A stretch of 64,000 nt of DNA from NCBI GenBank assembly GCA_040755455.1, contig JBFMAY010000004.1, positions 60,586 to 124,585 on the forward strand, read 5' to 3'. The position numbers were made by a program, and so were the translations under genes. The notes under the pieces were generated by a model. The model saw only the letters and a program-made list of their open reading frames with translations, made no database searches and was not told the origin of the DNA. Positions 59,174-64,000 of the stretch are shown one piece after another. Numbering within the stretch: position 1 is the stretch's first letter; every line of letters starts with the position of its first letter. Origin of the DNA: Thermodesulfobacteriota bacterium (GTDB lineage Bacteria > Desulfobacterota > Desulfobulbia > Desulfobulbales > SURF-16).

Positions 59174-61087
59174 TTAATGAATCTGCCCTCCGCCGACAAC
59201 CCTGAGAGGAACCGGCTTGGCAGGACTTTTGAGCTTGTCGCTGACATGCAGCCCGTTGTATTCGGGAACGATTTCTCGGAGATGTTCGATAAGCACCGGC
59301 ACGTCACGGCTGGTTGCCGCCTTCTGCAACTCGATAAGAACCGTGCCCAGCCAGTCCCAGTCATACTGGCGGGCGCGGGCCAGCTGTAACTTCGGATGTG
59401 TTGTCCCCCGCAGATCTTCACTTTCATGAAAAACCTCTTCAAAAAGTTTTTCCCCCGGACGTAATCCTATGTACTCAATTTTTATATCGCGGTGCGGCAC
59501 CAGCCCCGATAAACGGATCATCTGTTCTGCAAGGTCCTTAATATAAATCGGTTCTCCCATTTCAAGAACGAAAATCTCCCCGCCTTTGCCCATTGAACCG
59601 GCCTGAAGAATAAGGCTCACCGCCTCTGGAATGGTCATGAAGTAACGTTTGATTTCACGATGGGTGACGGTAACGGGTCCGCCGTTTTTGATCTGTTTTT
59701 CAAACAGCGGCACCACCGATCCGGCTGAACCGAGCACATTGCCGAAACGGGTGGTGATAAATTTTGTCTGAGAGCGGAGATCGAGATTCTGGCAGTAAAT
59801 CTCGGCAATGCGTTTGGTGGTACCCATGACATTGGCCGGATTAACCGCCTTGTCGGTTGATACCAGCACAAAACGGTCAACATGATAACGGTCGGCGGCA
59901 TCCGCCACCACCTTGGTGCCAAAGACATTGTTCTGCACCCCTTCCGCCGGGTTCAACTCCAGCATGGGAACATGCTTATAAGCTGCGGCGTGAAACACCA
60001 CATCAGGCAAGAACTTGCGGAAAACCCAATCAACTCTGTCATAGTTTTTCATGTCACCAAGCACATTGATGATTTTCAGATCAGGAAATGAAGTCCGCAG
60101 TTCATTATCAATGGCATAAAGATTAAACTCGCCGTGCTCAAAAATAACCAGCCGTGCGGGATTAAGGCCGGCAACCTGCCGGCAAAGCTCAGAACCGATG
60201 GAGCCGCCACCGCCGGTTACCAGAACCGTTTTATTTTTCAGATAGCCCGTAATTGCCTGCTGGTCCAACTCGACCGCATCCCGGCCAAGTAGATCTTCAA
60301 TGGTCACCGGCCGCAGCTGTTCTGCTTCGACCTGATTGCCTGACAACTCGACAAGCGATGGCAGGGTTTTGCACTCCACGCCAACCTTGGCACACTCGGC
60401 CACAAGCCGCTTGACTGTTTCCTTTTTGGCGGAAGGAATGGCAAGCACAACCAGTTTCACCGCAAGAAGTGGGACTACTTCACTAATATTCTCAAAACCG
60501 CCATAGACTCTCACCCCATGAATCTCACGATTATGCTTTTTGGGATCATCATCTATCAAGGCTACAGGTTGATATTCCTGCTTCCGGATGAGATCGCGGA
60601 GCAATAATTCCCCTGACTGACCGGCCCCTACAACTAGAGTCCGTTTGCCCTCTTTTCTTTGCAGTTGCAAACGCTGGTCCTTAAACCAACGGTAAAACAA
60701 GCGCGGAGCGGCCAACCCAATAATCAGCAGTACTGGCGACAACAACAATACAGTGCGGGGAATGCCTTCAAGTCGGAAAAAAATAACACCGATCAAGGTA
60801 GTGACAAGGGCTCCCAGAAATACCGACTTAATTATCCTGATCAAATCCGGCATGGAAGCAAAACGCCAGATGCCCCTGTACAAACCGAAAACCCAGAAAA
60901 GAGTCGCATAGATAATGATGGAGAAGGCACAAAAACGCTTGAAACCAGCAAAATAGAGGGGAGGGATTTCCTGCAGATTAAAACGCAACCAATATGCAGT
61001 TAAAAGAACTACCGGAACCCATAGAAGGTCATGAATAAAAGCTGCCCAACGATTGAATAATATTCGACGCAAATATTTTTGTAACAA
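59174..61087 (-). CDS. Membrane-bound nucleotide-sugar 4,6-dehydratase (CapD/PglF/WbpM family)
   Basis: N-terminal TM segments, VVGAGQSG, IEDLLGR, TGGGGSIGSE, HAAAYKHVP, STDKAVNP, RFGNVLGSAGSV, GLRPGEKL. Confidence 0.92.
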   Translation of the reverse strand: MLQKYLRRILFNRWAAFIHDLLWVPVVLLTAYWLRFNLQEIPPLYFAGFKRFCAFSIIIYATLFWVFGLYRGIWRFASMPDLIRIIKSVFLGALVTTLIGVIFFRLEGIPRTVLLLSPVLLIIGLAAPRLFYRWFKDQRLQLQRKEGKRTLVVGAGQSGELLLRDLIRKQEYQPVALIDDDPKKHNREIHGVRVYGGFENISEVVPLLAVKLVVLAIPSAKKETVKRLVAECAKVGVECKTLPSLVELSGNQVEAEQLRPVTIEDLLGRDAVELDQQAITGYLKNKTVLVTGGGGSIGSELCRQVAGLNPARLVIFEHGEFNLYAIDNELRTSFPDLKIINVLGDMKNYDRVDWVFRKFLPDVVFHAAAYKHVPMLELNPAEGVQNNVFGTKVVADAADRYHVDRFVLVSTDKAVNPANVMGTTKRIAEIYCQNLDLRSQTKFITTRFGNVLGSAGSVVPLFEKQIKNGGPVTVTHREIKRYFMTIPEAVSLILQAGSMGKGGEIFVLEMGEPIYIKDLAEQMIRLSGLVPHRDIKIEYIGLRPGEKLFEEVFHESEDLRGTTHPKLQLARARQYDWDWLGTVLIELQKAATSRDVPVLIEHLREIVPEYNGLHVSDKLKSPAKPVPLRVVGGGQIH

Positions 61088-61228
61088 AAAAATATCCTCT
61101 TGTATTTATCTGATATCGCCTGCAATTTTCCGGGTCAGCTGAGTATCGGCCAGAGTTAACATGAAGCTGACTCTGTCAATCACCCCGCAAATAATCGCCT
61201 TACTGGAAAAACAATTCCCTGATGTCGA

Positions 61229-62062
61229 CTATTTTAACCAAATACCAAGATCTTCTTGAATCAGATCTTCCAAAATCCTGATATCTAATTTATATTTTTC
61301 CAATAATTCAAAATAGAGGTTTTCTTCCAATTTTGGCAGGCGGTCATGTTTTCCAAATAAAGTCTGAATTTTTAATTTTTTGGATATATTTACTACCCAG
61401 TCAATATCATTATCTCTGAATTTCCTACCAATTTTCCTCGCCATTGCATAGAGTCCTGACAACCTTGGCTGATAGGATTTGTTTTCCCTGACAGAAAAAT
61501 ATCCTGCATCAAACCCTAAGTACTCAATATTAAGAAAGGACGCAATTTTTTTTAATGCAACTTCGGGTTGAGAAACCGCCTTTTCGAAAATAAGAAAATG
61601 AAATTTATTTTTCTGGAACAGTGCAAAATACCTCTTAATTTGAATTGAATAGAGTCCTCTTGCAAACACATCCGGTTCTTGAAGTATATATTCGCCAAAT
61701 GATCTTTTTTCATTATTGTCTCGTATGGAAAGACAATACTGGGAAAATGCCCTTTTTACCGGATTCCTCAGGATTGCGATAAACTTACATCCGGGCAAAT
61801 CATTAAATATTCGCCCGGGAACATTTTCATCGTAGAGATACATAGGTGTGATTTCTCCTGGTATCCGGTTTTCCCCCCTGACCTGTTCCGCAGGGAAAAA
61901 AGTCTCATACCAGGTTAAGCCCCTATCATAATATCTATCAAAGAAATGAACCTCCTTTCTTTGTTCAGGCAAAAAAATCTGAGGATGACTTCTCAAGATT
62001 TTATCCAGCCAAGTGGTGCCGGAACGCATTGCTCCAATTACAAGAAACTCGGGAAAGCTCAA
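61229..62062 (-). CDS. PAPS-dependent sulfotransferase
   Basis: PEFLVIGAMRSGTT (5'-PSB), KEVHFFD, GEITPMY, LRNPVKRAFS (3'-PB); TTG start after AAGGAG; AT-rich. Confidence 0.87.
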   Translation of the reverse strand: MSFPEFLVIGAMRSGTTWLDKILRSHPQIFLPEQRKEVHFFDRYYDRGLTWYETFFPAEQVRGENRIPGEITPMYLYDENVPGRIFNDLPGCKFIAILRNPVKRAFSQYCLSIRDNNEKRSFGEYILQEPDVFARGLYSIQIKRYFALFQKNKFHFLIFEKAVSQPEVALKKIASFLNIEYLGFDAGYFSVRENKSYQPRLSGLYAMARKIGRKFRDNDIDWVVNISKKLKIQTLFGKHDRLPKLEENLYFELLEKYKLDIRILEDLIQEDLGIWLK

Positions 62063-62279
62063 AATTGCTCCTTTATCCTAATAATTTCAAGTCTTACTTA
62101 AGATACGGTATATTTTTTTTAAATTAAATCATTTTTTTTCTGATTAACACCGAACTGCAGCTAGTGTCGGGCAATAAATGGTAACGAAATGATAATACAA
62201 TGATTTATTTTGCTACGCTTATACCCCCATGTTTTTTGAAGGAAGGCAATCAGAGGAACCAGCTGAAGATTAGAGGTAA

Positions 62280-63149
62280 TCAGATTTTTTTGAACGCTAT
62301 CTCTTTCTGAAGGCGAAGTCGATTCCCACCGACATTGTGATGCCCAGTAAACCTGGAACCGTTTTCTGCTTTCAAGCCAATCTCTGAAAGATCCACCCCC
62401 AGAAACTGGCCGATTTCTTCAAATTTTTTCCGTGGTTCAGCAAGCAGGTCCTCATAGGCCAGCCTATAGTAACTGCCTGACTTCAAAAGCATCTTTGTTC
62501 GCCATGCATAAGTATTTGCAATGATCCATCCCGGTACAGCCCTCAGAACCCGGATTATTTTATGCTTGTTATGTTTATTATGCCCCTCGGCTTCCCAGTT
62601 ACTTTTTCTCATAACCGATCTGATGGTCTGCAGAAAAGACCTCTTCAGATGAATCACCTTTACATTAAGCCCTGCAACCCTTGAAAGGGCTATGGGTCTT
62701 TGCCGCGAGTCTCCAGCCGTCTTTGATGAATCGACAATGAACCGCGCCTTTTTATCGCAGCATGCAGCGTGGAATACTGTCCTGACAATCTGTGCATATT
62801 CGTCAAAATCAGTTTCATTCCAAGTATTTTTTACTCCTCGCAAAAAAAATTTCTGATCAATTTCCCGCATTTTTTTTGCACAGCTTTCAACAGAAAAGGT
62901 TAATTGCTTTTGAAGGCCTCCCCATATATCACAGTCACAATATTTCTTCCCGCATGTACAATTTCGTGCATCATTGAAATAATCATCCAGTAAATACGCA
63001 AGTTCTCCACCGCTAAAAATTTCAGGATGATCCCCCAGCATAATATCCAGGATAGTCGAGCCGCTTCTACCATATCCTGCAATATAAATTACCGTAGCAA
63101 ATTGATTGTCATTTTTTTGACTTTTTTCTTTCAATTCTATTAACTTCAA
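62280..63149 (-). CDS. Second PAPS-dependent sulfotransferase; start codon lies in the IS end
   Basis: YIAGYGRSGST, GEL, VDSSK, VIHLKR, YEDL, HNVGGN; AT-rich. Confidence 0.8.
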   Translation of the reverse strand: MKLIELKEKSQKNDNQFATVIYIAGYGRSGSTILDIMLGDHPEIFSGGELAYLLDDYFNDARNCTCGKKYCDCDIWGGLQKQLTFSVESCAKKMREIDQKFFLRGVKNTWNETDFDEYAQIVRTVFHAACCDKKARFIVDSSKTAGDSRQRPIALSRVAGLNVKVIHLKRSFLQTIRSVMRKSNWEAEGHNKHNKHKIIRVLRAVPGWIIANTYAWRTKMLLKSGSYYRLAYEDLLAEPRKKFEEIGQFLGVDLSEIGLKAENGSRFTGHHNVGGNRLRLQKEIAFKKI

Positions 63150-64000
63150 TGTCGTTAACTTAAAGGATTGGTTTGTAGTTTAAGCAATATTTTCGTTGTG
63201 ATCTTTTATGGTTACGCTGGTATTTTCTTCCGGGCCTCACAGGCTCGGTCGCAGCGGCAAATGTTGTCAGTAAGTCGATTATTATTGTTTGCATGGCTTG
63301 TCCTGTTATTTGAAATAGCAGCACAATACTATCACTCATCGTTGAGAGCGCCTTGGTAAAATTGATTTTATAGCAGTGCTTTCTGTCCTCAGTTGTCTGC
63401 TCTACCCTTTCCTGAGCAGCAAAGGCCAGCATAGCAGTAATATTTTTCGAGAAAACACGAGCGTGAAAATCCTGGTAAACGGACAATGCGCTTTGGCCTG
63501 AAAAATTTTCCATCTCGATCCGGCATTTCATGACCTTGTAATCTTCTTCCACTGGCCAGCGGTCATGGTAGAGTTCGGCAAAAAGAGAATGAGGATATTT
63601 CTCCGTATCGGTCAGTGACGTTATGAGGGCCTCAGGTTCTCCGGAATCCAATTCAACCCGGATAAGGCGTAATTGCATCGGTGAAGTCCCCAACTGACGC
63701 TCCTGACAGGCCGCAATGGAGGTAGCAGGGGCCTTTATGCTAACGAGCTGTTCACGTTTGCCTGACTTTATGAATTTGCGGATGATCTTCCATTTCTTGG
63801 TGGAAATCCTGGCACAGAAATGAGCATGCCGGGAAACGATGAGCTTGAAGAGCCAGAAAGCAGGATACCCCCTATCCAATAAGGCAAGATCATGGCTCGA
63901 TAGATGTTCAAAATGCCGGGCTGCCATTTCTCTTTCCCCCTTGCTCTTTGGGCCGATGATGGCATGGGAGGTAATCCGGTTTAAAGGATCAAACATCTGA
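63147..64000 (-). mobile_element. IS4-family insertion sequence, one end only (rest lies outside the window)
   Basis: Terminus CAATGTCGTTAACTTAAA (63147-63164) resembles IS4-type inverted repeats and overlaps the transposase stop codon. Confidence 0.75.
63160..64000 (-). CDS. IS4-family DDE transposase, 5'-partial
   Basis: LLDRGY and YHDRWPVEEDYKVMK (Y-x2-R-x3-E-x6-K, YREK motif); frame is open to the window end. Confidence 0.88.
   Translation of the reverse strand, partial: QMFDPLNRITSHAIIGPKSKGEREMAARHFEHLSSHDLALLDRGYPAFWLFKLIVSRHAHFCARISTKKWKIIRKFIKSGKREQLVSIKAPATSIAACQERQLGTSPMQLRLIRVELDSGEPEALITSLTDTEKYPHSLFAELYHDRWPVEEDYKVMKCRIEMENFSGQSALSVYQDFHARVFSKNITAMLAFAAQERVEQTTEDRKHCYKINFTKALSTMSDSIVLLFQITGQAMQTIIIDLLTTFAAATEPVRPGRKYQRNHKRSQRKYCLNYKPIL

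Noticed and set aside
62160..62180. CTAGTGTCGGGCAATAAAT, resembling an IS/MITE end
   Set aside because: No partner inverted repeat or transposase remnant found nearby.

Overview
Bacterial chromosomal window. Gene content and order suggest an anaerobic Desulfobacterota-like (deltaproteobacterial) organism; this is an inference. Left to right: (1) 1-11148, a chemosensory operon (HEAT-REC, REC-PP2C phosphatase, RsbW-like kinase, STAS protein, hybrid CheA, MCP, CheW, CheB, CheR with a long C-terminal tail). (2) A housekeeping core: tRNA-Asp/Val, lon-clpX-clpP-tig, tRNA-Leu, a MetE-core-like protein, lysS, lolC/E-lolD-bamA, mfd, surA, a RodZ-like gene, recO, and a sodium:solute symporter with its small partner. 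(3) Accessory genes: a GH18-like/CE4/GT2 polysaccharide synthase fusion with a GH26 lipoprotein, a 51-bp MITE-like element, an orphan solute-binding protein plus MCP, a histidine kinase with degenerate ATP-binding boxes behind a sigma54-type promoter, and a 12-heme OTR-like cytochrome c. (4) 46739-58783, the most notable locus: a 12-gene minus-strand cluster joining a dedicated type II fatty-acid module (FabF, ACP, two CrtI-like flavoproteins, FabG, FabZ, FabI) to oleABCD olefin biosynthesis, with an output-less response regulator between oleA and oleB. (5) The end of a surface-glycan locus (CapD/PglF-like dehydratase, two AT-rich sulfotransferases) bordered by an IS4-family element that runs off the window. 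No CRISPR array or rRNA was seen. All calls come from motif reading only; no database searches were run.
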